In this document: piece after piece, positions 21,034-31,773 of the stretch
Layout: each line of letters opens with the position of its first letter
Numbering within the stretch: the stretch's first letter is position 1
Assembly: GCF_001194135.2 (NCBI RefSeq)
Contig: NC_068997.1
Coordinates: forward strand, 6,178,561 to 6,211,648
Length of the DNA: 33,088 bases
Reading direction: 5' to 3'
Origin: Octopus bimaculoides
Lineage: Eukaryota
The notes under the pieces: generated by a model
Seen by the model: only the letters and a program-made list of their open reading frames with translations
What the model was told of the DNA's origin: nothing
The model's database searches: none
Translations under genes and position numbers: made by a program

Positions 21034-21526
21034 ACATTATATTAGAGGAAAAATCAAAACGAAGGCAGAACGAGTATCTCAAGTCATTTACAATAATTTA
21101 ATTAGGGTAAGGTGAATTTGAAATCTTACAGCCATTTCTGGGATAACCCAAGTGGTAGGTTAGCATGTCCACGCACTGGGTACTCCGTCGTCAGAGACAA
21201 GGTATGATTCACAGTTTATAAGGAATAAAATAGAAGAATAAAGGAATTTTTTTCCTTATAAACTGCGAATATATATATAAACTGCGAATATATATATAAA
21301 CTGCGAATCTATTATTCTTTGTAAGCTGTAAATTTTCCCCATCTAAAATATTCCTACCTTGTCTCTGATGACGGTATACCCAGTGCATGGACATGCTAAC
21401 CTACCACTTGGGTTATCCCAGAAATGGGTGTAAGACTTCAAATTCACTTTCACCCTAATTAAATTATTCTAAATGACTTGAGATACTCGTTCTGCCTTGG
21501 TTTAGCTTTTTCCTCAAATACAATGT
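21034..21526. mobile_element. Fold-back / long-TIR element 4
   Basis: Arms 21034-21204 and 21355-21526 are high-identity reverse complements. The 150-bp spacer contains a 19-bp tandem (TATAAACTGCGAATATATA) about 3 times. Confidence 0.92.
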
Positions 21527-21551
21527 GTGTGTGTGTGTGTGTGTGTGTGAA

Positions 21552-21780
21552 GACGCATGGCATGGTGGTTAGGGAGTTGCACTCACGATCGTGAGTTCGT
21601 GGTTACAATTCCTAGTGTGCTGTTAGGTTGTGTTCTTGAGCAAAACACTTCATCTCACGTTGCTCTGCACGTGTTCAGGCAACGTCGATTTGATGGAGAA
21701 AGGGAGTTAATGCACAGCACTTGCATTTGATCACTATGAACAAATCAAGGTCGTTTAGTAAAAAAAGCTGAATACGTAGT
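21552..21780 (+). mobile_element. SINE family D
   Basis: GACGCATGGCATGGTGGTTAGGG tRNA-like head; CTTGAGCAAAACACTTCATCTCACGTTGCTC core. Confidence 0.75.
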
Positions 21781-21800
21781 TTTCGGCGGGTGAGTCCGTC

Positions 21801-21829
<29 letters not shown>

Positions 21830-21831
<2 letters not shown>

Positions 21832-22500
21832 GTAATCTCTCGCGGGTGTTAAGTCCCAAACCACCCGCGATAGGTGAAAATTCACGAAGTAGAAACAGTA
21901 CTCTCGTGTATATTTTTTTTTACTATTTTTATAATTTGTATATATTTATTTTATTATTTTTATATATTTAAGCTTTTATAAACTCTCTCCACACTCTTAG
22001 GAGTACCCGGGTCTTCTTTTTTTTGTTTTTGCATGTCGCAGAGTCTCACCTTTTCTGCGCTTAGGTTCACTGCCAGAAGCCTTAGAAGGTGCAGAACGTT
22101 TGAGCAACATCGTACGGCTTGAAATAAACCCACAATTTTTCACACAAATGCAAAACAACAGCATACACTCGTCTCCCGAGTTTCGTTTTCCATACAGTAT
22201 GTGCGATTCTTTGTTTACTCCTCTGCGGTTCACTACGTATTTATCTTTTAATATATCTTAATTGATGATTTATACAGTACAGTACTGTATTTTTATTTAT
22301 TAATTTATCAACTTTTAGGTGTGAAAATGCTTATTTTACCACAGAAATAATTAAAAAATTTTTAAATATAAATACCTATCGCCACAGAAATCCGCGATAT
22401 ACTGAGGAGTCCGCGAAATAAATTTACATATAATAGCCAGAAAAATCTGCAATGTACTGAGGGTGCGATAAGTGAGCCGCGATATGGCGAGTGATTACTC
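21830..22500 (-). mobile_element. Non-autonomous Tigger/pogo-like DNA transposon
   Basis: TIRs CAGTAATCTCTCGC and GCGAGTGATTACTC (12/14 match), with TA on the right. Retains the start of a transposase-like N-terminus, MLLKRSAPSKASGSEPKRRK. Confidence 0.75.
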
Positions 22501-22765
22501 TATATGAAAGTAATAATTTAAATGAGAAAAGAAGTCAAATTGACATTACAGTTCTTTCTGTAAATGGACAATATTTTTATTCCATATCTCATAGAATGTT
22601 ATGTAATTATGTAATTCACAAAATTTTATGTTATACAAGACATAATATATGGAAATATGTAATAATTTTTTAGTCCATTCACATCCTCAGATGTCATATT
22701 TGAAAGTATCATCGACCAAATGAATATTGGGATGATTAATAGCCAAGATTATAATTATCATCACT

Positions 22766-22770
22766 TCAAT

Positions 22771-22855
<85 letters not shown>

Positions 22856-22880
22856 TGTGTGTATGTATATGTATCGACAT
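22766..22880. repeat. (TG)n(TA)n microsatellite
   Basis: Seen directly. Confidence 0.96.
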
Positions 22881-23269
22881 AAATTCACATATACACACAC
22901 TCAAGTGGCACAGTTTATAAACGGAGAAGGAGAATAATAATATCAAAATTCTATGCTGTTCATGTACTTATTTACACTGTCGATGTTAGTCACAGCACAA
23001 GTAGCAGTTTCTCTTTGTGGTGCTTTTGTATATTGTCATAGTTAAGTAAATACAGAGATAAATAGATTTATTGTCAAAGTAAAATAAATACAGATATTGT
23101 TATAGTTAAGTAGATACAGAACGATATTGTATTGAGTGAAGTAAGCGTTACTATATGTTTTGGAGCGAACACGATCATTTCCTCAGTTTATGAAGAACAT
23201 ATACACACACTGCAAGGAGATATAAACACTGAATAAGGATTTAACTATATTATATACAAGTTGCATGCA

Positions 23270-23390
23270 TACGTATGTTTGTTTGTTTGTTTGTTTGTTT
23301 GTATGTATGTATGTATGTATGTATGTATGTGTGTATGAATGTATATATGCATGCATATATATGTATGTCTGTGCATGTATATATTAGCAT
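23270..23390. repeat. (TTTG)n(TATG)n microsatellite
   Basis: Seen directly. Confidence 0.93.
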
Positions 23391-23511
23391 ATTAATATGC
23401 TAACTTTTTGTTTTTGCACGTACCTGCTGTGTGCCTCACACTTACTTCAAAGAAGTGGCAAAGCGAGAGAGAAGACGACAGAGAGGAAGTAAGAGAGAAA
23501 GAGAGAGAGAG

Positions 23512-23589
23512 ACATGTTATGTTGTGGAAATCAGCTGTCCCCTGGACATGAATGTGGTTAGAAAAATACAAGAAAAAGAGGACATCTAT
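23512..23589 (+). mobile_element. R4/Dong-like RLE endonuclease micro-fragment between GA and TG repeats
   Basis: Translates TCYVVEISCPLDMNVVRKIQEKEDIY, homologous to 27215-27280 (LKISC..DTNVVRKIQEKENI). Confidence 0.85.
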
Positions 23590-23605
23590 GTGTGTGTTTG
23601 TGTGT

Positions 23606-23654
<49 letters not shown>

Positions 23655-23745
23655 AGAGAGAGAGAGAAAGAGAGAGAAAGAAAGAGAGATAAAGAGAGAG
23701 AGAGAGAGGGAAAGAGAGAGAGAGAAAGTGAGAGAGACGATAGAT
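23590..23745. repeat. (TG)n and GA-rich repeat
   Basis: Seen directly. Confidence 0.96.
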
Positions 23746-23834
23746 ACATAAATCCGAAGAAAAGTTCATATATATATAGACACAGCAAATATTGGCTGTC
23801 AGTTTCACTTTTCATTACCACACGAGGATAAAAT

Positions 23835-23954
23835 TAACTCACAAATGGCTGAGTACTTCACAGACATGCATAACATTAACGTAGTTCTCAGAGAGATTCA
23901 GCCTCATACAGAATATGACAAGGCTCGCCCCTTTGAATTACAGCTACAACTCTA

Positions 23955-23955
<1 letters not shown>
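23835..23955 (+). mobile_element. Fragment of another cephalopod-type short interspersed repeat
   Basis: GCTGAGTACTTCACAGACA...TTAACGTAGTTCTC...GAGATTCAGC...GACAAGGCT..CCCTTTGAA..ACAG recognised from memory only. Confidence 0.45.
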
Positions 23956-23994
<39 letters not shown>

Positions 23995-24149
23995 TGCATT
24001 TGTGTGTGTATATAGCATAGGTTAGTTAAAACATGTTTGCAATAATAAGTGTTGTGTGGTGGAAATAAACGCAATTACCAAACTTTCATTCATAAATCCA
24101 TTTATTATTTCGTTCTTTTGCATTTCAATTTGTATATTTGTACCTAGAA

Positions 24150-24812
24150 ATTTTTTTAACAACTGCACACCAGAAGAAATGGAAAAACGAGTAATTTTAT
24201 CTCCTGAAAGTTCTGACTGTCTTGCAATAAATGAAAAAGTTCTTAATATTATACCAGAGGCACTTAAAGCGTACTTAAGCACACATTCACTGTCCTGTAA
24301 TAATGAAGAGGAGGTTCAGAACTATGCATTTGAATTCATAAACTCACTCACTCCATCCGGTATGCCTCCTCATCGCCTCAACTGAAAAGTAAGGGTTCTT
24401 GTAATGCTGCTAAGAAATCTTTCGATCAGTCAAGGATTATGTAATGGAACTCGCATGAAAGTGAAGAAACTTGTGTAGATGCATCATTGGTAACAGGCTC
24501 CAACAGAGGTCGTACAGTTCTAATTTCCAGAATTAAACTGAGCCCAAGTGAATCAAATATTCCATTCACACTAAACAGACTTCAGTTTCCACTTCAACTT
24601 ACATATTCACTGACAATTAATAAGGCTCGGGCAAACATTTGAAAAAGCCTCAACTGGTATTTTCTCATGGCCAATTATATGTCGCATTTTCAAGAGCACG
24701 AGCTATGAACAATATCAAAGTAAGAGTTATGTCACTCAATTGGGATAACAGACAAGGCCAAAAACGTGGTGTGACATGCACACAAAATATTGTCTACCAT
24801 GAAGTACTGTGA
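24150..24812 (+). mobile_element. Helitron PIF1-like helicase C-terminal pseudogene fragment
   Basis: EFINSLTPSGMPPHRLN*KV..VMLLRNLSISQGLCNGTRM, VFSHGQLYVAFSRAR and the terminal TQNIVYHEVL* (stop at 24810-24812). Contains stops and frameshifts. Confidence 0.92.
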
Positions 24813-24989
24813 GGAAGACCACCGCACCAGCCAGCATCACCACCACACCAGCCGCTCCATCATTGCACATCCACGTTAAATCTTTAAGGTCAGGCAACCA
24901 GTTAGGGGCCTGCTGGATCTCTTTCGGCATATCAGCAAACCACAAAATCGCACCAACCAGCTTTACCACTACCACCAAGCCCGTCATAT

Positions 24990-25272
24990 TTATGTATGTA
25001 TGTATGTGTGTATGTATGTATGTATGTATGTATGTTTGTGTGTGTGTGTGTGTGTTTGTGCCTGTGTTTGTTTGTGCCTGTGTTTGTTCCACCACCACTA
25101 TTGCTTGACAAGCGATGTTGGTGCGTTTGCGTCCCTGTAATTTAGCTGTTCAGAAGAAGAAAGTGATAGAATAAGCACCAGGCTTATAGGCAATAAGTCC
25201 AGGGGTCAATTTCTTCGACTAAAAGGTGGTGTTCCAGCATGGCCACCGTCAAATGACTGAAACAAATAAAAG
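24990..25272 (+). mobile_element. Microsatellite plus SINE family B 3' half
   Basis: GCTTGACAAGCGATGTTGGTG...GATAGAATAAG...CCAGCATGGCC..GTCAAATGACTGAAACA. Confidence 0.88.
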
Positions 25273-25604
25273 GATAGCAGAAAAACGTTCCGTACCCCTA
25301 AACCAAGAAGGTTCTTTGAGTATGTACGATGTATTTTAAGGTTAAATAGTAATTCCATTTATGTTCGTGTAACTGAGATATTTTGGCTGGATTATATAGT
25401 CATTGGTGTTACATTACTTTCTATATTCTGTAACTGTCACAGTATACTTTTCTTGTCATAAAATTTTTGCGGGGAGAGTGCCAGTTGATTAAGATCAACT
25501 CCAGTACATAACTCGCAGTTTTCTTTTTTGTTCTATAAGAATGCACATGAACTTCTAAATACTGGTTATATGTCATACAATACACAATTTATATTTTAAT
25601 CGCA

Positions 25605-25804
25605 CTATACACACACACACGCACAGACGCGCACGCACGTACACACACGCACACACACATGCACACACACACGCACACGCATGCACATACACGCACAGGT
25701 ATATGTACGCATGTATATACACACATATTTACATACATACATAGCTTTACACACACATATGATATATGTCTATCTATCTATCTATCTATCTATATCCATA
25801 TCTG

Positions 25805-25848
<44 letters not shown>

Positions 25849-25875
25849 TACATATAAATACACACACACACACTA
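25605..25875. repeat. Compound CA/TA/TATC microsatellite
   Basis: Seen directly. Confidence 0.95.
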
Positions 25876-26779
25876 ATGTTACCTGTCATATGACGGAGAA
25901 CTTTGGAAGTATATTTGATAACAAATAAATTATAATTATTGTATATATGCCATAGTTCCTGATATTACACATGGTGGAAAAAGTGTTTTAGCATCATTGT
26001 GTTAATTGTATTAATATATTCATTTGGAACAGCTTACAATAAGTTCTTAAGTTAGTGAATACCCTGGTGATTTAGAACCAATAAAGAAAGTTACTTATAG
26101 TAAGCCTTTATAGTTATGTGCGCTCCTCTCACGTAGATCAATATATATTTACAAATGCAATGCTTTTACACATCGTCAGCCTCGCGTCCTGGGATCACCG
26201 GGTGTTTCGGCCCTTAAGGGCCTTAAACATACACAACCACCCAGGCGACGTTTTCTAGGTTAATCAAGTCTAGGCCTGTGCCCAAGAGATATTCTTCTGT
26301 TTCTCAAAAAGCGAAGATGTTAAAATAATGACTGTTAAGACAACACCGTTAAGACGACTCTCATCTACAAAGCCAAGCAACCAAGAAACACGCATGAGCA
26401 AGCTCTACAGCTTCGCATTCAGGCCGGTGTTATTTTGGAATTTCCTTCTTCTAGTGAGATGTCTGAGCAAAGACTAGGAGTCTCACTTAGCTGTTGGATG
26501 GCTGCTGACTCTTATGAGTTCATTTGTGCTTTAACAGATTTTGTTTTTCTTTGTGCAGGATGTCCATCGAAAACCGCCCACCTTTCCAAGGTGTGGTAGG
26601 GTTGCCGGTTTAGTCGCCAACGGCCCGACCATGCGACAAATTATACTGAGTTGCATGTTACCAGTAGCATTAACAGTGGCCTTACATATCGTACATACAT
26701 ACATACATACATACATACATACATACATGCTTACATAGAAGATAGTGCATAAGTACTTAGTATGAAAGACGCAAGCCAT

Positions 26780-27500
26780 AGAAGGAATAGATCATATGAA
26801 AATCTTGGAATGGAGTGTCAACAAACTTATGGCATACCATTTTTAACGCTACCTCCGTGCAATTTAAGCGCAAGAAATACCCACCGAGAACCTGCAGCAT
26901 AAATCACAAAAAGAAAAATGGACAGACAACAAATGTAGGCATTGCAAAACCAAAACTAAAATTGAAGACATCAGCCACATTATTGTCAACTGCATTAGAA
27001 TATCTTCTAGATATTTTCTTTCCATGAGGCATGATGCGGTGGCCAGAATAGCCTAGAACAGTACAAGAAAGAAGAAAAGTACCAGTAAACGAAGTTGGTT
27101 ATATTGAGACCGATGGGTAAAAAAATATTGGTGGAAGTTAAGAATTAAAACAGTCACCAGGTTAAAATACAACAAACTAGATATTGTTGCATAGGACCAC
27201 AAAAAAACATCCTTTGTTTTGAAAATCAGTTGCCTTGTGACACCAATGTTGTCAGAAAAATACAGGAAAAAGAAAATATCCATAGATCATTGGTAAGGAG
27301 TTTTCAAATCCAGAAATCAAGATACACTGTCAGTTTCGTACTTATTACTATTGTAGAGACAGTATTCATATTAACGTACCTGGAAGAAAGTATGGCTCAC
27401 CCTGGGTTCTTGGAGAAATAATGTAACTTCTTAATTCATATCCTACAATGATCACAATATATGGGGCAGTAAAATTCTGCAAGACCTCCTTAAGATTTAA
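26780..27500 (+). mobile_element. 3' end of an R4/Dong-like RLE-type LINE (CCHC knuckle plus restriction-like endonuclease), pseudogenised
   Basis: KCRHCKTKTKIEDISHIIVNC...RHDAVA (from 26931); YWW..IKT...NKLDIVA*DHKK; ISC..DTNVVRKIQEKENI; final stop at ~27500. Confidence 0.88.
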
Positions 27501-27599
27501 TGGATATTGAACAAAACGAGATGCTTTCCGTCACAACCTTGCTACCAAGCAGCTGGCCGGTCAAAATTAACTCTAAATTAAAAAGAGAAAACAAGAAAA

Positions 27600-27935
27600 A
27601 CATGCACATGCATACGTGCATACACACATACATATATACATGCATGCGACCATGCATATATACAGACATACTCAGGCATACATACATCATACATGCATAT
27701 ATATACATACAAAGTACGTGCATACATATATACATACATGTATACATACACACATGCATACATACGTGCATATATGCCTGCGTGCATTAATTCATACACA
27801 TACATCCATGCATACGTGTTTATACACATGCATGCATACGTAAACACATACATTTATCGATACATACATACATACATACATACATACATACATACATACA
27901 TACATACATACATACATACATACACGTACATACGC
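27600..27935. repeat. Degenerate (ATGC/TACA)n microsatellite
   Basis: Seen directly. Confidence 0.95.
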
Positions 27936-27949
27936 GTGTCCATGGAATC

Positions 27950-29580
27950 TAATGCCAGAATCTTGTGTATAAAATATATGCAGCCTGTCTTTACCGATTC
28001 CTTCAAGATCTCTGAGATAGTAATAATACCATCGCAACAGGACGAACAGCCGGAAAGAAAGAAGTTTGGGGACGTACTGAATAAAACTTAACAAAACTGT
28101 AACGTCAGAGGTGTAGCGGCATCAAAAAAAAAAAAAAAAAAGGTCAATCTGGATGGTTTATCAGAAAACGTTCGATTCTGTGCCTCATTCGTGGATTCTA
28201 GGGTCCGTACCTCTTACTAAAATTCTAAATACTGTTACCAAGGTCAAAGACAAATGAAATCTGTTCTGAAGTTAGATGCAGGAAATGATTCTTTTATTAT
28301 CTCCGACAAAAAAGAAAAAAAAATACAGTACCACAGAGGTATGTTTCAGGGTTACAGTCTGAAGGATGTGCGATTAGTCCACAGGAAGAGAGAAACACCA
28401 GCTTAACACATTACTTCTTTGTGGATTATCTGAAAATATATGCAAAGAATATAGCTCGCAAGAAGTAAAAATTTGGCCTAATTACGACATTCTCAGAACA
28501 GTAGATAAATGTCCTTACATGATTTTACCAACATTCAGGGAATTCGATTGGACGCATATTCATGTTAGAACCTGTTAATTGCGAGCCGATAGCAGGGATT
28601 TCTACATCAACAGTAATGTAGATTGCCTTTAGTTAAAACGGAAACAAGGCGGCAAAAGCTCAACGTCAATCCAAGCAATGCCGCATCATATCCCTTCACC
28701 ACCTACTATTTACTACTAAACGTCGAAGTTCTGTCATAGATTGAACCTGCATACGAGACTGATAACATCATGAGGATAGGAAAGGAGTTGTTCAGACTGA
28801 TAACTAAGGATATATACATCCAGAGAGGTTGCATAACTCTACAACACTAGGTCATCAAAAGAGAGGCTGTATATTTACAAGCAAAAGGCCATGCAAAACT
28901 ACTGTTCCAGAAGGCCAGAAAGTGACGGCAACATCGACGACGGTAGTACTCTATTCTGGACTGACAATCAAGATATTAGTTTCAAATTTTGGCACAAGGC
29001 CAACAAATTCGGGCAAGTGAGCAAGTCGATTACATTTTATTTTATCAATCTCGAAATGATGAAAGGCAAAGTCAACCCCGATAGAATTTGAACTCAGAAC
29101 GTCAAGACGGACGAAATGCCGCTAAGCATTTTGCCCGGGGTGCTAACGATTCAGCCAGCTCACCGCTTTCTGATAAACAAGATATTAGCTCTCATTCTGA
29201 AATGTGCTTTTGTAATACTGGAGCAGGAAATAGTTACAAAATGCTTGATGCGCAAAAGGAATAGCGAGGCAGATAAACCAGAGAACTACGAAAACAGATG
29301 CAGGCTTTACAGAATCAATACAGAATATGACACCTACATTATAAGTAGCCACCCGAAAATAGTATTACCTATGAGACATGTTGCCTTGGCTAGAATATTG
29401 TACATTGAAATCTGTGGAAAGGCTATTAGAAACTACAGTGATGTGGAGGGCACAAACACTCTTAATTTGAAAGAATTGATGGAGTGTTCCTGTCAAAACT
29501 TCAATAAAATACAAGCCAAACAGACCAGACATTACGATCGGGAGTTAAAAAAGAAACTATGCACAGTAGTTGCAACCATT
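27950..29580 (+). mobile_element. Second, heavily deleted R4/Dong-like LINE (RT through RLE), interrupted by SINE A
   Basis: Motifs in order: NLVYKIY..GKKEVWG, YQKTFDSVPHSWIL, RGMFQGYSL, THYFFVDYLKIYAKN (cf. F.DDLKLYAK), SSKERLY, EQEIVTKCLMRKR, CRL...IISS...LPMRH, and NRPDI. Confidence 0.85.
28980..29169 (-). mobile_element. SINE family A with a 19-bp target-site duplication
   Basis: Flanks CTGACAATCAAGATATTAG (28961-28979) and CTGATAAACAAGATATTAG (29170-29188), 2 mismatches. Confidence 0.92.
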
Positions 29581-29599
29581 TACCCAGCAGATTCTTTTG

Positions 29600-30017
29600 T
29601 CTTTTTTTATTCTTTTACTTATTCCAGTCATTAGACTGTAGCCATGCTGGGGCACCGCCTTGAAGAATTTTTAGTCGAAGGAATCGACCCCCCCCCCATC
29701 CAGTACTTATCTTTTTAAAGCCTTGTACTTGTTTGATCGTTCTCTTTTGCCGAACCGTTGGTTACGCGGACATAAACACTAACCAACAGTGCTTGTCAAG
29801 CGGTGATGGAGGATGAACACAGACACAAAACACAGGCTCACACACACACATACACATACGATGAACTTCTTTCAGTTTCAGTCTACCAAATCCACTCACA
29901 AGGTTTTGGTCGACCCGAGGCTATAGTAAAAGATACTTGCCCAACATGCCATGCAGTGAGACTGAACACGGAACTACGTGGTTGGTAAGCAAGCTTCTTA
30001 TCACACCGCCACGCCTG
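29600..30017 (-). mobile_element. Full-length SINE family B
   Basis: Tail CCAGTCATTAGACTG..CCATGCTGG; TCTACCAAATCCACTCACAAGG; head reverse complement ...AGCAAGCTTCTTATCACACCGCCACGCCTG. Confidence 0.92.
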
Positions 30018-30324
30018 TCAACATGGTGAAAAAGAAAACATCTTTGTTGAACTGATGAGAAATCTGTAATTACACTATCAGGATGATAGCTTTAGGTTTC
30101 CCTCAATAATTATTGGAGCACTTAGTTACATGCTTAACTGCCAAGCTTAGCTTTGAGAAAACAGAAAGAACACGCCTAATCTGATTACAGCTACCAGCGG
30201 TCAAAGGTACTGTCAAAACATGTAAAACATTCATGAAGTGAAGCATCTAACAAAATCTGAATTTGCAATGACAGCCATACTTACGTCCATATGTTACATG
30301 TGCACATACATTTGTCTGTACATA

Positions 30325-30470
30325 GACGTGTACATACATACATACATACATACACATACATACATACAAACATACATACATACAAACATACATACATACA
30401 TACATACATACATGCATACATACATACGTGCGTACGTACATACGTACATGTATGAATGTATATAGACACA
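30325..30470. repeat. (TACA)n microsatellite
   Basis: Seen directly. Confidence 0.95.
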
Positions 30471-30527
30471 TATAGATATAGGACTAACCTGTTTGATGTC
30501 GTCAAAATTCCAATGAAAGAATCTTAC

Positions 30528-30611
30528 TTCTAAGTTGGAAACCCGCTTTTCTCCATTGGTCATAAATTCGAAAACAATGAAATTATGAAATGAATAACGC
30601 TTCGACGCCAT
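30528..30611 (-). CDS. Candidate first coding exon (28 codons, MASKRYSFHNFIVFEFMTNGEKRVSNLE) of an unidentified gene
   Basis: ATG in the context CAAGATGGCG; open frame to the donor GAA|GTAAGA (phase 0); non-repetitive sequence. No downstream exon identified. Confidence 0.4.
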
Positions 30612-30636
30612 CTTGTTACCTTGTTTCCATGGTTAC
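30604..30636 (-). promoter_or_regulatory. RFX X-box (GTAACCATGGAAAC) and YY1/Kozak-like CAAGATGGCG
   Basis: Reverse complement of 30623-30636 fits the X-box consensus GTHNYY-AT-RRNAAC. Reverse complement of 30606-30615 gives CAAGATGGCG. Confidence 0.5.
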
Positions 30637-30734
30637 TTGCTGTCCGTTTCCTTTCGCCATATCACCATTACTGCCTCATCGTTCATACCGACAGTCCACT
30701 ACGCCCCGGGAACATTTATGTGGCTACCCAACTT

Positions 30735-30912
30735 ACTAGAAAAAACAGCAATATGTTCCTCAAAGTACATCCTTTAGAAAAAGGGTTCGTTAGATAACAT
30801 AAGGCGATCCGTCCTTGGTAAAAAGAAAACGTAATGGTCACGGCTGGAATGTTTCTGATTACAGGTCAGCTTTAGTAAGGTTGAGCTGGGATTAAACAAC
30901 AACAACAATAAC
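30735..30912 (+). mobile_element. Family C SINE-like repeat with (CAA)n tail
   Basis: ATGGTCACGGCTGGAATGTTTCTGAT...GGTCAGC...TTAAACAACAACAAC. Confidence 0.7.
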
Positions 30913-31064
30913 AACATCCGTTCCAGTTCGCTGCCATTCTACCATGCATCATTGCTTCCTCTTCGTTGATGTTGAAATGACCTGGTTTCTTGCTGCCAAT
31001 CTTTCAGGTGAGAATTTCTCAACAGGTGAGAGTTACTAAGTGGCTTGACTGACGTAGAAGTATA

Positions 31065-31470
31065 TGAGTGGTGGTGGTGGTTGTGGTTGTGGTGGTGGTG
31101 GTGGTTGTGGTTGTGGTGGTGGTGATGATTGTGGTTGTAGTGGTGGTGGTGGTTTTAGTGGTTGTGAGGGTGGAGATGGTGGTAGTGATTGTGGTATGGC
31201 GGTGATGCGATGGTTGCGGTGGTAGTGGTTGGTGTAGAGGTGGTAATATGGTGGAGATGGTTGCATTTGTGGTGAAGGTGATGGTGATAGTAACAGTGGT
31301 GGTGGTGTCATTGGTGGTGCGGTGTTGGTGGTGGTAATGGTGATAATGCGGTGTGGTTAGTGATGAGATGTCGGTGCGTTGGAGGTAGTGGTGGTAGTTT
31401 GTGGTAACGGTGTACTGGATGGTATGATTGTGATGATGAGAATCGTGATGAAGATGAGGAGCGGTGCGGT
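31065..31470. repeat. Degenerate GGT/GTT/GAT triplet expansion
   Basis: Seen directly; explains the T-, P- and H-rich ORFs. Confidence 0.92.
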
Positions 31471-31674
31471 TTGTGGTAGAAGATATGCGCAGGTTTGTAA
31501 TGTATATACGCATACATGCTCACCTACAATCGCACATACATACACACACGAGGATATAACATTACAATGCTTAAAATTGATCCACATCATGATTTAAAAC
31601 TACTAACACAAACAAAAAACTGTTGACCATTTGCAATGCTGGCTGAGTGTGCATAAGTGTGTGTGCAAGTGTAA

Positions 31675-31728
31675 ATACACACACAGAGAAACAAATATAC
31701 ACATACATGTATACATGTACACACACAC

Positions 31729-31770
<42 letters not shown>
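31675..31770. repeat. CA/TA microsatellite upstream of an assembly gap (N 31894-32130)
   Basis: Seen directly. Confidence 0.95.

Positions 31771-31773
<3 letters not shown>

Noticed and set aside
23415-23450. Two minus-strand donor motifs (GTAAGT, GTACGT)
   Set aside because: The upstream sequence is GA/CT repeat and a LINE fragment, so there is no credible exon.
26209-26222. Perfect 14-bp palindrome GGCCCTTAAGGGCC
   Set aside because: Short, with context resembling an eroded repeat end; not significant alone.
26538-26690. Strong plus-strand acceptors (TTAACAG at 26537, TTTGTGCAG at 26558)
   Set aside because: No good donor follows, no recognisable peptide, and the surroundings look repeat-derived.
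28335-28350. Donor-like GAG|GTATGT
   Set aside because: Lies inside the LINE RT motif RGMFQG.
30275-30320. Minus-strand micro-exon ending in GAC|GTAAGT as exon 2 of the X-box gene
   Set aside because: The acceptor derives from (TATG)n microsatellite with no pyrimidine tract; chance is likely.
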